Shown in pieces: positions 49,772 through 59,480 of a stretch of 64,000 nt of DNA. Numbering within the stretch: the stretch's first letter is position 1; every line of letters starts with the position of its first letter. The stretch lies in the IMG/VR virus record IMGVR_UViG_3300008261_000042, one strand, 5' to 3'. Source of the DNA: a virus. Position numbers and translations under genes: made by a program. The notes below the pieces were generated by a model. That model was not told where the DNA came from. It saw only the letters and a list, made by a program, of their open reading frames with translations, and ran no database searches.

Positions 49772-50212
49772 ATGACTAAATACACCTGGGATATCTATTC
49801 CCCATTTTCAGTAGGTCTAGACGATGTGTTTAATCGTCTAGAGGCAATGTCTGGACACAATACCAGTTATCCGCCCTACAATTTAATCAAACACGATGGC
49901 AGCAATTACGAAATTGAAATCGCTCTTGCAGGATTTAAAGCAGAGGAGATCGAAGTATCTACTGAACAGAACATTCTCCGAGTTGCCTCCAAAGTTGAAA
50001 AACGAGATCCTGAACGAGTGTACATTCATAAAGGATTGTCGAAGCGTTCCTTCAACCATTCCTGGCAACTTGCCGATGATGTCCGAGTATCCTCTGTAGA
50101 TTTTGCTGATGGTCTTTTGACAATCTCTTTAGAAAAAATTGTACCAGACCATCAGAAGAAAACTACTTATACGATTGGAACAAGTGAGAAGCAACTTCTT
50201 ATGGAAGCATAA
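49772..50212 (+). CDS. hsp20: small heat shock protein Hsp20 (IbpA-like)
   Basis: YPPYNLIK...EIALAGF...HKGLSKRSF...DGLLTISL. Confidence 0.95.
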   Translation: MTKYTWDIYSPFSVGLDDVFNRLEAMSGHNTSYPPYNLIKHDGSNYEIEIALAGFKAEEIEVSTEQNILRVASKVEKRDPERVYIHKGLSKRSFNHSWQLADDVRVSSVDFADGLLTISLEKIVPDHQKKTTYTIGTSEKQLLMEA

Positions 50213-50260
50213 ATAAATCGTATCGTCGGCGCACGGGGCAAAGCTGGTCAGCATCAGCAC

Positions 50261-50289
50261 TTGCCCCATTTTACTTTGTGTGCTATAAT
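50261..50289 (+). promoter_or_regulatory. sigma70-type promoter for the gp43 operon
   Basis: TTGCCC-17 nt-TATAAT with TG extension. Confidence 0.65.
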
Positions 50290-50311
50290 AGCTTAGTATA
50301 TAATTTGGACT

Positions 50312-50653
50312 ATGGAATCAATTAAAATAGTTCTTCTGAGAAATCAACTGCAGGTAATTGCAAAAGTTAGTGAACTACAAACAGACGATAACACTCCGTA
50401 CTGTTTTTTGTTTGAAGTTCCCTTTGTTGTTTCCTTTGATGAAGGAAGCACTCCAGAAGACCCAAAAATTGTATTTACGGCATTGATGCCTTTTACAAAG
50501 AATTTCGCATATAGAATGCCATTTGATCAAGTGATGACTATGGGAGATCCTACAGATCCTATTTTAAATAGATATGTGGAAATTGTAAAACCATATTATC
50601 CAATCGATGGTGGAGCTGAACCAAACGTAATTGAAAATCAAGAGGAAAATTAA
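50312..50653 (+). CDS. hypothetical protein (Sm-like family suspected)
   Basis: 113-aa ORF, IKIVLLRN N-terminus. Confidence 0.65.
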   Translation: MESIKIVLLRNQLQVIAKVSELQTDDNTPYCFLFEVPFVVSFDEGSTPEDPKIVFTALMPFTKNFAYRMPFDQVMTMGDPTDPILNRYVEIVKPYYPIDGGAEPNVIENQEEN

Positions 50654-50654
50654 A

Positions 50655-51050
50655 ATGACAACTGAATCTCAAAAACTTAATCCGTCTATTGTTGTTCTTA
50701 AAACTGGTGAAAAATTAATCACAATTCTTCAAGAAGCATTTGAAGGGGAAGGAGAAGAGCAAAAAGGAATTTGTCTTGTAATGAGTCATCCTTATGAATT
50801 GTATTTGGTCAATGTTAATAATACAGAAAATCCAGAACAAGATCTTCAGGTAAAGTTTAGTAAGTGGTGTCCGTATTCTATTGACATCCAATATAAAATT
50901 CCTTATGATGGTGTTCTTGCTATTGGACAACCAGATCCAGGACTTGCTCAAGCATACCAAGCTAAAATTGAGCAGTATGAACAAATGACTGAAAACCAAA
51001 GACAACAACAAGAAGATATTGCGAAAGTAATTAATCCTGAAGTAGTATGA
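50655..51050 (+). CDS. hypothetical protein (Sm-like family suspected; start ATG 50655)
   Basis: IVVLKTGEKLI...KWCPYS; AGAGG RBS. Confidence 0.65.
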   Translation: MTTESQKLNPSIVVLKTGEKLITILQEAFEGEGEEQKGICLVMSHPYELYLVNVNNTENPEQDLQVKFSKWCPYSIDIQYKIPYDGVLAIGQPDPGLAQAYQAKIEQYEQMTENQRQQQEDIAKVINPEVV

Positions 51051-51301
51051 TCAAACTTATAAAATTTGATGGTGATTGGATTGTTGCAAATGTTTCAGAA
51101 ATTCCTGAAGTAGAGTTTGGGGATCCTGATTGTGTGTTAAAATATCCGTATCAAGTTCAGGGGGAGTGCCTTGGACCTTGGCCTCTTCATTCCGATGAAC
51201 GAGAGATCGTTGTTAGATCATCTGATGTAACAGTAGTCACAGAACCAAACACTTTCCTTTTGACATCCTACCAAAAAGTTATTGACGAAGAAACAGCATG
51301 A
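51047..51301 (+). CDS. hypothetical protein
   Basis: GDPDCVLKYPY...PWP; coupled to gp43. Confidence 0.65.
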   Translation: MIKLIKFDGDWIVANVSEIPEVEFGDPDCVLKYPYQVQGECLGPWPLHSDEREIVVRSSDVTVVTEPNTFLLTSYQKVIDEETA

Positions 51302-53793
51302 AATTTTATACCAGTATTGAACAATCTGGAAGCAACATTCTGGTACGTGGTTATGAACATGGTAAACAATTTCAAGACAAGATTAAATACAATCCAACAT
51401 TGTTTCTTCCTTCAGCAAAACCTTCTGAATGGAAAACACTTGATGGTAAATATGTAAGACCTGTACAACAGGGAACAATTAGAGATGCCAAAAAATTCAT
51501 CGAAGACCATGGTGAGATCGAAGACTTTCAGATCTATGGTCAAACTCGATTCTTGAATCAGTATATTCTTGAAGAGTATCCTGGGGAAGAGATTAAATTC
51601 GATATGAATTTGATTCGCATCTTTACTATTGATATTGAAACAGGTGCTGAGAATGGATTTCCTGACATCGAATCTGCTGACCAGGAGATCCTTACTATCA
51701 GTGTGAAGGATAGTACTATGGGTCGCATTATTGTGTTTGGTGCCAAACCATTCGATAATAAAGATCCCCAGGTTCAGTACATGCATTTTGAAACTGAAAC
51801 TGGATTGCTAAAAGGATTTTTGCACTGGTGGTCCTCAAATTATCCAGATATTATTACTGGATGGAACGTTCAACTATTTGATATTCCGTATATCCTTCGC
51901 AGAGTTGAACGACTATTTGGAGAAAAAGAAGCACGTATGATTTCTCCTTGGGGTAATATTCTCTGCAGGGAAATCTATATCAAAGGTCGTAAGCAGATTG
52001 CTTATGATATTAGTGGCATTGCCACCTTGGATTATCTTGAACTCTATCGCAAGTTCACTTACACCAACCAGGAGTCATATCGACTCGATCATATTTGTGA
52101 AGTAGAACTTGGAGAAAAGAAACTAGATCATAGTGAGTTTGATACATTCAAGGAGTTCTATACTAACAACTGGCAAAAGTTTGTTGAGTATAACATTCAT
52201 GACGTTCGCCTAGTGGATAAACTAGACGACAAGATGAAGCTTTTAGAACTTGCTGTGGTTATGGCATACGATGCTAAGGTAAACTACGAAGATGTTTACT
52301 CGCAGGTTCGTATGTGGGATAACATCATCTATGTTTATCTTGCAGAACAGAACATTGTAATTCCTCCCAAAAAGGAAAGTCATAAATCTGCTAAGTATGC
52401 TGGTGCATTTGTGAAAGAACCAGTTCCTGGTTTGTATGATTGGGTAGTGAACTTTGACTTGAACTCACTGTATCCACACTTGATCATGCAATACAATATC
52501 TCTCCAGAAACTCTTCTTCCACAAAGACATCCAAATGCGAGTGTGGATAAACTATTAAATGAAGAGATTGATACATCAGATATTGTTGGTCAATCGCTGT
52601 GTGCTAATGGCACATTCTACACAAATGAATATCAGGGATTTCTCCCTAAGCTAATGCAAAAGATCTACGATGAACGTGTGATCTACAAAAAGAAAATGCT
52701 TAAGGCAAAGCAAGAATATGAAAACAATCCATCAGTTGAATTGAAGAAAGAGATTGCCCGCTGTAATAACATTCAGATGGCACGTAAGATTCAACTCAAC
52801 TCTGCCTATGGTGCTATTGGTAACGAGCATTTTCGATACTACAAACTTGAAATTGCAGAAGCAATTACTTTGTCTGGACAATTATCCATTCGCTGGATTG
52901 AGAAAAGCACAAACAAGTATCTTAATAAAATTCTGAAAACTGATGGAGTAGATTATGTTATTGCTTGTGATACTGATTCTATGTACCTTAATCTTGGTCC
53001 TTTGGTACAAAAGATATTCAGTGGACGAGAGAAATCTAATGAGAGCATTGTTTCATTCCTTGATAAGGTCTGTGAAATGGAACTTGAAAAGTATATTGAA
53101 AGTTCTTACCAAAAATTGGCGGAGTACGTCAAAGCATACGACCAAAAGATGAAGATGAAACGGGAGAACATTGCTAATCGTGGTTTCTGGACTGCGAAGA
53201 AACGTTATGTTCTCAACGTATGGGATAGTGAAGGTGTGCGTTACAAAGAACCTAAGATGAAAATCTGTGGTATGGAAACGGCACGTTCTTCCACTCCAGC
53301 ATACTTCCGAGATAAACTTCTCAAAGCATATACAATTATCATCAATCAATCAAATGATGAGATCCTTGATTTTATTGATCTGGTAAAAGAAGAAACTCGG
53401 AAACAAGATTACTTAAACATCGCATTTCCTAGAGGTTGTAATGGTCTCAGCAAATATAAAAGCACTGCAGACATTTATACAAAGAGCACACCTGTTCAAG
53501 TCCGAGGTGCATTATTGTATAATCACTACGTTCGCAAGCATCAACTTACTCATAAGTACCCTCTTATCCAAGAGGGAGAAAAAATAAAATTTATCTATCT
53601 CAAAACTCCTAATCCTATTAATGAAAATGTGATTAGTTTCTTTGGCACAATTCCTAAAGAGTTTAATCTTGACAAGTATGTAGATTACAATTTACAATTT
53701 GAAAAGTCATTCTACGATCCTCTTCGGAATGTGCTAGAATGTATCGGCTGGACTGCCGAACGCAAAGTATCCCTTCTTAGTTTTTTCTCATAA
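51298..53793 (+). CDS. gp43: family B DNA polymerase gp43
   Basis: DIET exonuclease motif, FDLNSLYPH, KIQLNSAYG, DTDS; uninterrupted. Confidence 0.98.
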   Translation: MKFYTSIEQSGSNILVRGYEHGKQFQDKIKYNPTLFLPSAKPSEWKTLDGKYVRPVQQGTIRDAKKFIEDHGEIEDFQIYGQTRFLNQYILEEYPGEEIKFDMNLIRIFTIDIETGAENGFPDIESADQEILTISVKDSTMGRIIVFGAKPFDNKDPQVQYMHFETETGLLKGFLHWWSSNYPDIITGWNVQLFDIPYILRRVERLFGEKEARMISPWGNILCREIYIKGRKQIAYDISGIATLDYLELYRKFTYTNQESYRLDHICEVELGEKKLDHSEFDTFKEFYTNNWQKFVEYNIHDVRLVDKLDDKMKLLELAVVMAYDAKVNYEDVYSQVRMWDNIIYVYLAEQNIVIPPKKESHKSAKYAGAFVKEPVPGLYDWVVNFDLNSLYPHLIMQYNISPETLLPQRHPNASVDKLLNEEIDTSDIVGQSLCANGTFYTNEYQGFLPKLMQKIYDERVIYKKKMLKAKQEYENNPSVELKKEIARCNNIQMARKIQLNSAYGAIGNEHFRYYKLEIAEAITLSGQLSIRWIEKSTNKYLNKILKTDGVDYVIACDTDSMYLNLGPLVQKIFSGREKSNESIVSFLDKVCEMELEKYIESSYQKLAEYVKAYDQKMKMKRENIANRGFWTAKKRYVLNVWDSEGVRYKEPKMKICGMETARSSTPAYFRDKLLKAYTIIINQSNDEILDFIDLVKEETRKQDYLNIAFPRGCNGLSKYKSTADIYTKSTPVQVRGALLYNHYVRKHQLTHKYPLIQEGEKIKFIYLKTPNPINENVISFFGTIPKEFNLDKYVDYNLQFEKSFYDPLRNVLECIGWTAERKVSLLSFFS

Positions 53794-53796
53794 CCT

Positions 53797-54828
53797 ATGG
53801 ACTTTTTATCTCAAGTAATTAAAGACAGCAAAAACGAATTTGCTTCTATTGCTGCCGATGGCGTTGCTGCTGGCGATATTGAATCTTATATTGATACTGG
53901 CAGTTATGTATTTAATGCATTAGTATCTGGATCATTATTTGGTGGAATTCCATCTAACAAAATTACTGCTCTTGCTGGAGAAAGTGGAACAGGTAAAACT
54001 TTCTTCTGTCTTTCCGTTGTTCGCCATTTCCTCAATACTGATCCCGATGCTGGAGTCATTTATTTTGAAACAGAATCTGCTATTAGTAAGCAGATGATTG
54101 AAAGTCGCAATATTGATTCTAAGCGACTTGTTATTTTCCCTGTAGATACTATCGAAGAGTTTAGAACTCAGGCAGTTCGGATCATCGATAAATACATGGA
54201 ACAGCCAAAGGAAGAACGCAAACCACTTATGTTTGTGTTGGATTCTCTTGGTATGCTTGCCACCAATAAAGAAGTTGAAGATGCATCGAACGATAAGAAC
54301 GTTCGTGATATGACCAAAGCTCAATTGATCAAATCTGTATTCCGAATTCTTACATTGAAACTCGGTAAAGCAAACATTCCCATGCTCGTTACTAATCATA
54401 CCTATGACGTTGTTGGCGCTTACGTTCCTACGAAAGAGATGGGCGGTGGTAGTGGTCTTAAGTATTCTGCTAGCACAATCATTTATCTCGGAAAGAAAAA
54501 AGAAAAAGACGGAACAGAACTTATCGGAAACATTATTAAATGTGAGGCGAAGAAGTCCCGTCTAACAAGAGAAGGATCCAAAGTCGAAACACGCCTTTTC
54601 TTTGACGAGAGGGGTTTACAGCAGCACTATGGTCTGCTAGAATTGGGCGAACGTGCTGGCATCTGGAAGAATGTTGCTGGCAGATATGAAATTGATGGCA
54701 AGAAAATCTATGGCAAAGAAATTCTCAAAAACCCAGAACAATACTTCACTCCTGATCTAATGGAAATTCTTGACCAGCAGGCACAAAAAGAATTTCTTTA
54801 TGGAGTAGAAGACGATGGAGAGGATTGA
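53797..54828 (+). CDS. uvsX: RecA-like recombinase UvsX
   Basis: [28 protein letters not shown]. Confidence 0.95.
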   Translation: MDFLSQVIKDSKNEFASIAADGVAAGDIESYIDTGSYVFNALVSGSLFGGIPSNKITALAGESGTGKTFFCLSVVRHFLNTDPDAGVIYFETESAISKQMIESRNIDSKRLVIFPVDTIEEFRTQAVRIIDKYMEQPKEERKPLMFVLDSLGMLATNKEVEDASNDKNVRDMTKAQLIKSVFRILTLKLGKANIPMLVTNHTYDVVGAYVPTKEMGGGSGLKYSASTIIYLGKKKEKDGTELIGNIIKCEAKKSRLTREGSKVETRLFFDERGLQQHYGLLELGERAGIWKNVAGRYEIDGKKIYGKEILKNPEQYFTPDLMEILDQQAQKEFLYGVEDDGED

Positions 54829-56203
54829 ACAAACAATCTTAAGAAACTTATTGTTTAACAGGAACTACTATAGCAAGGTAGTTCCTTTTATTAAACCTGA
54901 ATACTTTGAAGAACATTGTGAAAAAGTAATCTACGAAGAGATCTGGGATTTTGCTAGTAAATATCAAGCACAACCAACATCAGAAATTCTAGATATTAAC
55001 TTACAAACAAGGAAAGATCTAAGTGAAGAAGTTTATCAAAACGCAGTTAAAACAATTAAAGAACTTAGTGAAGTCGAAGTTGAATATAACTGGCTTCTGG
55101 ACACAACAGAAAAATGGTGTAAAGACCGAGCCATCTACCTCGCTCTCCTTGAGTCGATCAAGATCGCAGATGGAGGCAATCAAAAAGTATCAAAGGATGC
55201 GATCCCAAGTATCTTACAAGAAGCCTTGGCAGTATCGTTCGATGAACACGTAGGTCACGACTACGTTGAAAATGCTACCGAACGTTATGACTATTATCAT
55301 TTAAAAGAAGAAAAGATTCCTTTTGATCTTGAGAAGTTCAATCTCATTACGAAAGGTGGTTTACCTAACAAGACACTAAACGTTGCACTTGCTGGAACTG
55401 GTGTTGGTAAATCTCTTTTCATGTGTCATATGGCAGCAGCATGTTTATCTCAAGGAAAGAATGTTTTATACATTACGCTTGAGATGGCAGAAGAAAAGAT
55501 TGCAGAACGTATTGACGCAAATCTTTTGAATGTAAATATTAAAGATATTGGTTCTCTTCCAGAATCAATCTTTACATCTCGCATTAAAGAGATTGGTAAC
55601 AAGACACAGGGTAAACTTATTATTAAGGAATACCCAACTGCATCTGCACATGCTGGACACTTTAAAGCATTACTTAATGAACTGAGTTTGAAGAAATATT
55701 TCAAACCAGACATTATCTTCATTGATTACCTTAACATATGTGCATCTTCAAGATACAAAGGTCAAATTGTAAACAGTTACACTTATGTTAAAGCAATCGC
55801 TGAAGAACTTAGAGGTCTCGCTGTTGAGCATAACGTTCCAGTTGTTTCTGCTACTCAAACTACTAGGAGTGGCTTTGGCAATAGCGACGTTGATCTTACC
55901 GATACTTCCGAGTCTTTTGGTCTTCCCGCTACAGCTGACTTTATGTTTGCTCTTATCGCTACTGAGGAACTTGAACAGTCTGGTCGCATCATGGTCAAAC
56001 AACTCAAGAACCGATATAACGATCCCACCTTCAACAAAAGATTTACTGTGGGGGTTGACAGAGCGAAGATGAAGCTGTATAATGTAGATGATTCAGACGG
56101 AGCTGCTATCCTCTCAACTGAGGAAGAAGAAACGTTTGAAGCATTTGAAGACCTATCTAATAGGCAATCCCGTCTCAATAAATTTTCTCAATTCGTAATC
56201 TAA
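54815..56203 (+). CDS. gp41: replicative helicase gp41
   Basis: [38 protein letters not shown]. Confidence 0.96.
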   Translation: MERIEQTILRNLLFNRNYYSKVVPFIKPEYFEEHCEKVIYEEIWDFASKYQAQPTSEILDINLQTRKDLSEEVYQNAVKTIKELSEVEVEYNWLLDTTEKWCKDRAIYLALLESIKIADGGNQKVSKDAIPSILQEALAVSFDEHVGHDYVENATERYDYYHLKEEKIPFDLEKFNLITKGGLPNKTLNVALAGTGVGKSLFMCHMAAACLSQGKNVLYITLEMAEEKIAERIDANLLNVNIKDIGSLPESIFTSRIKEIGNKTQGKLIIKEYPTASAHAGHFKALLNELSLKKYFKPDIIFIDYLNICASSRYKGQIVNSYTYVKAIAEELRGLAVEHNVPVVSATQTTRSGFGNSDVDLTDTSESFGLPATADFMFALIATEELEQSGRIMVKQLKNRYNDPTFNKRFTVGVDRAKMKLYNVDDSDGAAILSTEEEETFEAFEDLSNRQSRLNKFSQFVI

Positions 56204-56206
56204 TCT

Positions 56207-56617
56207 ATGACTAAGCACGTTGACTTTGATCGTTATGTTGAATTCGTTGATGAAGTAACTTCTGATGCTTCTAAAGAATTCCTTGCACTTTCTGATCGCC
56301 TTGTTGAGCTGGATTCTAAAGGTGCCAATATTGAACGACTTCTCACTGCTGGCGTTGGTATCAATGCTGAAGGTGGTGAGTTCCTTGAGATCATTAAGAA
56401 GATGGTATTCCAGGGTAAGCCTTGGAACGATGACAATCGAGAACATCTTATTATTGAGCTGGGTGACATTATGTGGTATGTAGCTCAAGCTTGTAATGCT
56501 CTTGGTGTTTCTTTTGATGATGTGATTTCTACAAATGTAAACAAGCTGCTTAAGCGTTATCCAGGGGGAGAGTTCGATGTCTTCTATTCAGAAAACCGAG
56601 CTGAAGACGACCGATAA
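56207..56617 (+). CDS. mazG: MazG nucleoside triphosphate pyrophosphohydrolase
   Basis: AEGGEFLEIIKK...ELGDIMWY...KRYP. Confidence 0.92.
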   Translation: MTKHVDFDRYVEFVDEVTSDASKEFLALSDRLVELDSKGANIERLLTAGVGINAEGGEFLEIIKKMVFQGKPWNDDNREHLIIELGDIMWYVAQACNALGVSFDDVISTNVNKLLKRYPGGEFDVFYSENRAEDDR

Positions 56618-56753
56618 AATTTATCACGTCTATAAGCAAAAAGAAGTAGTTGCTCATAACATTTCTAAAGAGGATCTAGATTCAATCTATGATCCTCGGC
56701 AACATGAGTATGAGGAACTTGAAATAAATAACTATACAGATGCATCTTACTGA
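56577..56753 (+). CDS. small hypothetical protein (58 aa)
   Basis: Open frame MSSIQKTELK...TDASY* overlapping the mazG 3' end. Confidence 0.4.
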   Translation: MSSIQKTELKTTDKIYHVYKQKEVVAHNISKEDLDSIYDPRQHEYEELEINNYTDASY

Positions 56754-56762
56754 TGCTTTTTT

Positions 56763-56847
56763 GGAGAGGTGGTCGAGTGGTTTATGGCACTGGTCTTGAA
56801 AACCAGCGAGGTGCAAGCCTCCGTGGGTTCAAATCCCACCCTCTCCG
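56763..56847 (+). tRNA. tRNA-Ser(UGA)
   Basis: GGAGAGG/CCTCTCC acceptor stem, CTGGT-CTTGAAA-ACCAG anticodon arm, long variable arm, GTTCAAATC T-loop; CCA not encoded. Confidence 0.93.
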
Positions 56848-56866
56848 TTTAGCTCATCTATAAATT

Positions 56867-57028
56867 ATGAAAATCAATCTTTGGTATTGCGAACAAATGA
56901 AACAATGGAGATGGACTCTTGTTGATGATCATCGTCCAATTATTCGTCAAGAATCTGGTCAACGTCCAGACCTTCGTGACGCAATGAATGATGTAGCAAA
57001 CACAGTAGAATATATGTTGGGGAATTAG
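56867..57028 (+). CDS. small hypothetical protein (53 aa)
   Basis: MKINLWYCEQMKQWRWTL...EYMLGN*; last 10 nt overlap tRNA-Ala. Confidence 0.55.
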   Translation: MKINLWYCEQMKQWRWTLVDDHRPIIRQESGQRPDLRDAMNDVANTVEYMLGN

Positions 57029-57091
57029 CTCAGTTGGTAGAGCACCTGCTTTGCAAGCAGGCTGTCAGGAGTTCGAGTCTCCTATTCTCCA
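57019..57091 (+). tRNA. tRNA-Ala(UGC)
   Basis: GGGGAAT/ATTCTCC acceptor stem with G3:U70, CCTGC-TTTGCAA-GCAGG anticodon arm, GTTCGAGTC T-loop. Confidence 0.95.
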
Positions 57092-57126
57092 TTTAATAAA
57101 TATTTGTATAATTTTTTTTACCTACA

Positions 57127-58254
57127 ATGCCAAATAAGATAAATCCTTTTTCTGGATTATCTAAAGAAACAATTGAACAAATGTCTGAAAAAGGTACTGT
57201 ATGGATATTTAATAGAGCGTTAATCAATAATATAAGATATAATAGTATTGAAGATATAAAAAGAGATCCTAAATTTAATGAGTTGAAAAAAATTTGGCGG
57301 GGTAGTGTTCCTGATGCTTGGTTGCTTTCTTATTATAAGCAGCAGGAAGAGATGCTAAAAAAATTTGGATCGTCTGAATGGTCTAGATTTAAATATGGTT
57401 CTGGTAGTTTTATGGATTTTATAAAAGATGTCCTTAGAACTTTAAATATAAATTCCGAAAATAAACTTAGATATGAGCAATGGAATCCAACAGATATTTG
57501 GATGATTAAAAAAAACTCTATTACCAAAATAAAACGTCAAATATCTAAAAATATAAAAAGAAGGAGTCAGACAATAATTGAGTTGAATGATTTGTTAAGA
57601 TCTTTGATAAAAAATAAAGAACTTATTGGAATATCTTTAAAAAAAATTGGCACTGGGGATGCAAAATTTATTTACATTAATGTAGATATAGATGGGGTAG
57701 AATCTTTAGTTAGGGATAATACTAATATTAATGTTGTTAGTAATATCGAATATTCTCTAGATCAACTTCAATGTAAAGTTGAATTTGACGGAGGAGATAA
57801 AATTCAAATTACAAATAACACAGGACAAAATAAACCAGATAATTTAAAATTTGAAGTTATTATAAAAAAATCTGGTGGAAAGGGTGGTAAAGTTGTGATA
57901 AAAGATCTTTCTGATTTAATGAAAAATTATGGGAAAAATTTTAGTAATAACTATAAAAGATATCCTTTAACCAGTGAAAACTATGAGAGAAATAAAAATG
58001 AGTATAAACAACTGGTGAATATTCTAAAACAAAAAAAGGTTATATCATCAAATATTTCATTTAATGAATTTGACGATGCTATATTAAATCTTTACGAAAA
58101 TGATAAACCATATTATGCTATAACTAAATTAATGGAATTAAAATTTTTAAGTGCTGCTATTCAAATCAATGATCAAAATGAATTTTGGACTGATATGTAT
58201 TATCTTGGATTAAAAGTTGGAAATAAATTTGCTCCTCATGGGAAGTTGTACTAA
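57127..58254 (+). CDS. AT-rich putative PD-(D/E)xK-type endonuclease
   Basis: WNPTDIW...GISLKK motif; Lys/Asn/Ile-rich; ATAAATA at 57096-57102. Confidence 0.5.
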   Translation: MPNKINPFSGLSKETIEQMSEKGTVWIFNRALINNIRYNSIEDIKRDPKFNELKKIWRGSVPDAWLLSYYKQQEEMLKKFGSSEWSRFKYGSGSFMDFIKDVLRTLNINSENKLRYEQWNPTDIWMIKKNSITKIKRQISKNIKRRSQTIIELNDLLRSLIKNKELIGISLKKIGTGDAKFIYINVDIDGVESLVRDNTNINVVSNIEYSLDQLQCKVEFDGGDKIQITNNTGQNKPDNLKFEVIIKKSGGKGGKVVIKDLSDLMKNYGKNFSNNYKRYPLTSENYERNKNEYKQLVNILKQKKVISSNISFNEFDDAILNLYENDKPYYAITKLMELKFLSAAIQINDQNEFWTDMYYLGLKVGNKFAPHGKLY

Positions 58255-58547
58255 TGAAAAATTTTAAACAGCTGAGACAAGAAACTCTTCGTGAGCGTTA
58301 TATTCAAAAAGAAGTATTCCAAGAAGGTGACTATGTTATGTCTGTAGTTACTGGAGAGAAAGGACGTATTCATCGTTCTGGAACTAACTATGTAATTGCT
58401 ATTACAGAAGGTGGACAGATGTTTCGTGCATGGGTAAAAGATATACGTGAAGTCAATGTATCTGAAAACATAAATAAAGAAAGGAAAAAAAGTATATTCT
58501 TTACAAATGGACAGACAGAAACCAACGACAACAGTTCGTCATTATGA
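58254..58547 (+). CDS. hypothetical protein with MKNFKQLRQE leader
   Basis: FQEGDYV...G.IHRSGTNYVI...FRAWVKDI; TAATG coupling. Confidence 0.7.
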   Translation: MKNFKQLRQETLRERYIQKEVFQEGDYVMSVVTGEKGRIHRSGTNYVIAITEGGQMFRAWVKDIREVNVSENINKERKKSIFFTNGQTETNDNSSSL

Positions 58548-59454
58548 TGATTTCACTAAAGCATTAATTGAATCAACCGCTGCTTATCTTGGTGGTGATA
58601 AAGTAGTTTCTGAAGAAGGTATTCCCACGCTTCCGAAGAAAGAAAATACAGATACAACTGCGAAGAAAGATCCAAAAGCAGGTGCAGCATCAGCAGATCC
58701 TGCAGTAGATCTTCGTACTGGATCTGGAATTAAACAATCACATGGAGCTACAATTCGCAACACAAGTATTCTTACTAAAGAAGAGAAGTGTAAAGAATGT
58801 AAGAAAGATCCTTGCTCTTGTGATGAGAAAGAAGATAAGATGGATGAATCATGTGGTTCTTCTCATGGTGAAATGAAGAAGGAAAAGAAGGAGAAAAAAG
58901 AAAACGAAAAGATGGATGAAGTATTCAACGTATTTGTTGACGATGTTCATTATGTTTTTGAAAAGAAGAATTCTGAAGGTAAAGAGCAAGGTCTTGATGG
59001 CAAAGCTTGCTGGAAAGGATACAAAAGAATGGGCACTAAACAAAAAGGTGGTAAGACAGTTGATAACTGCGTAAAGGCTGGTTATGAACCAATCGGTGAA
59101 CTAATGCTCGATGAGAAGGCACCTCCAGGTGCAAAGTATGAGCGTATGGTTAAGCATATTAAAAAAGGTTATTCTGAAGGTGGTGTAAGCGAAAAGGAAA
59201 AGTCAATCGCTTATGCTACTGCTTGGAAAGAAAAGAATAAAAAGAAAGCAACCAAAGAGGAATTTGAAATTACTGAAAAGAAACTTGATCCTCTTGGTAA
59301 AGAAGATAAGGATATTGATAATGATGGTGATCATGATAAGTCGGATAAGTATCTTGCCGCTCGTCGTGGAAAGGTAAGCAAGATTATTGCTGCTAAGAAA
59401 AAGATGAAAGAAGATACTGAAATTCGTAAGGAGATTGAAGAAGAAAAAAAGTGA
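58507..59454 (+). CDS. highly charged candidate internal head protein with a -1 frameshift site at its end
   Basis: Late promoter at 58470-58476; ACWKGYKRMG...NCVK, IAYATAWK and DIDNDGDHDKSDKYL modules; ends A AAA AAG TGA. Confidence 0.7.
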   Translation: MDRQKPTTTVRHYDDFTKALIESTAAYLGGDKVVSEEGIPTLPKKENTDTTAKKDPKAGAASADPAVDLRTGSGIKQSHGATIRNTSILTKEEKCKECKKDPCSCDEKEDKMDESCGSSHGEMKKEKKEKKENEKMDEVFNVFVDDVHYVFEKKNSEGKEQGLDGKACWKGYKRMGTKQKGGKTVDNCVKAGYEPIGELMLDEKAPPGAKYERMVKHIKKGYSEGGVSEKEKSIAYATAWKEKNKKKATKEEFEITEKKLDPLGKEDKDIDNDGDHDKSDKYLAARRGKVSKIIAAKKKMKEDTEIRKEIEEEKK

Positions 59455-59480
59455 AAGGGGCAACCGTTGAGGTAATGCCC
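59428..59480 (+). other. programmed -1 ribosomal frameshift signal (dnaX-type)
   Basis: AAGGAG (59428-33), 11 nt, A AAA AAG (59445-51), 6 nt, hairpin GGGCA-ACC...GGT-AA-TGCCC; -1 frame open to 59573. Confidence 0.65.

Noticed and set aside
25749-56203. Introns or inteins in gp17, gp20, gp23, gp43, gp41
   Set aside because: All are continuous and of normal length, with no intein motifs
58481-58506. A7G run as a possible frameshift fusing ORFs 58254 and 58507
   Set aside because: Fusion would need a +1 shift, the run is not phased as A AAA AAG, and 58507 has its own late promoter
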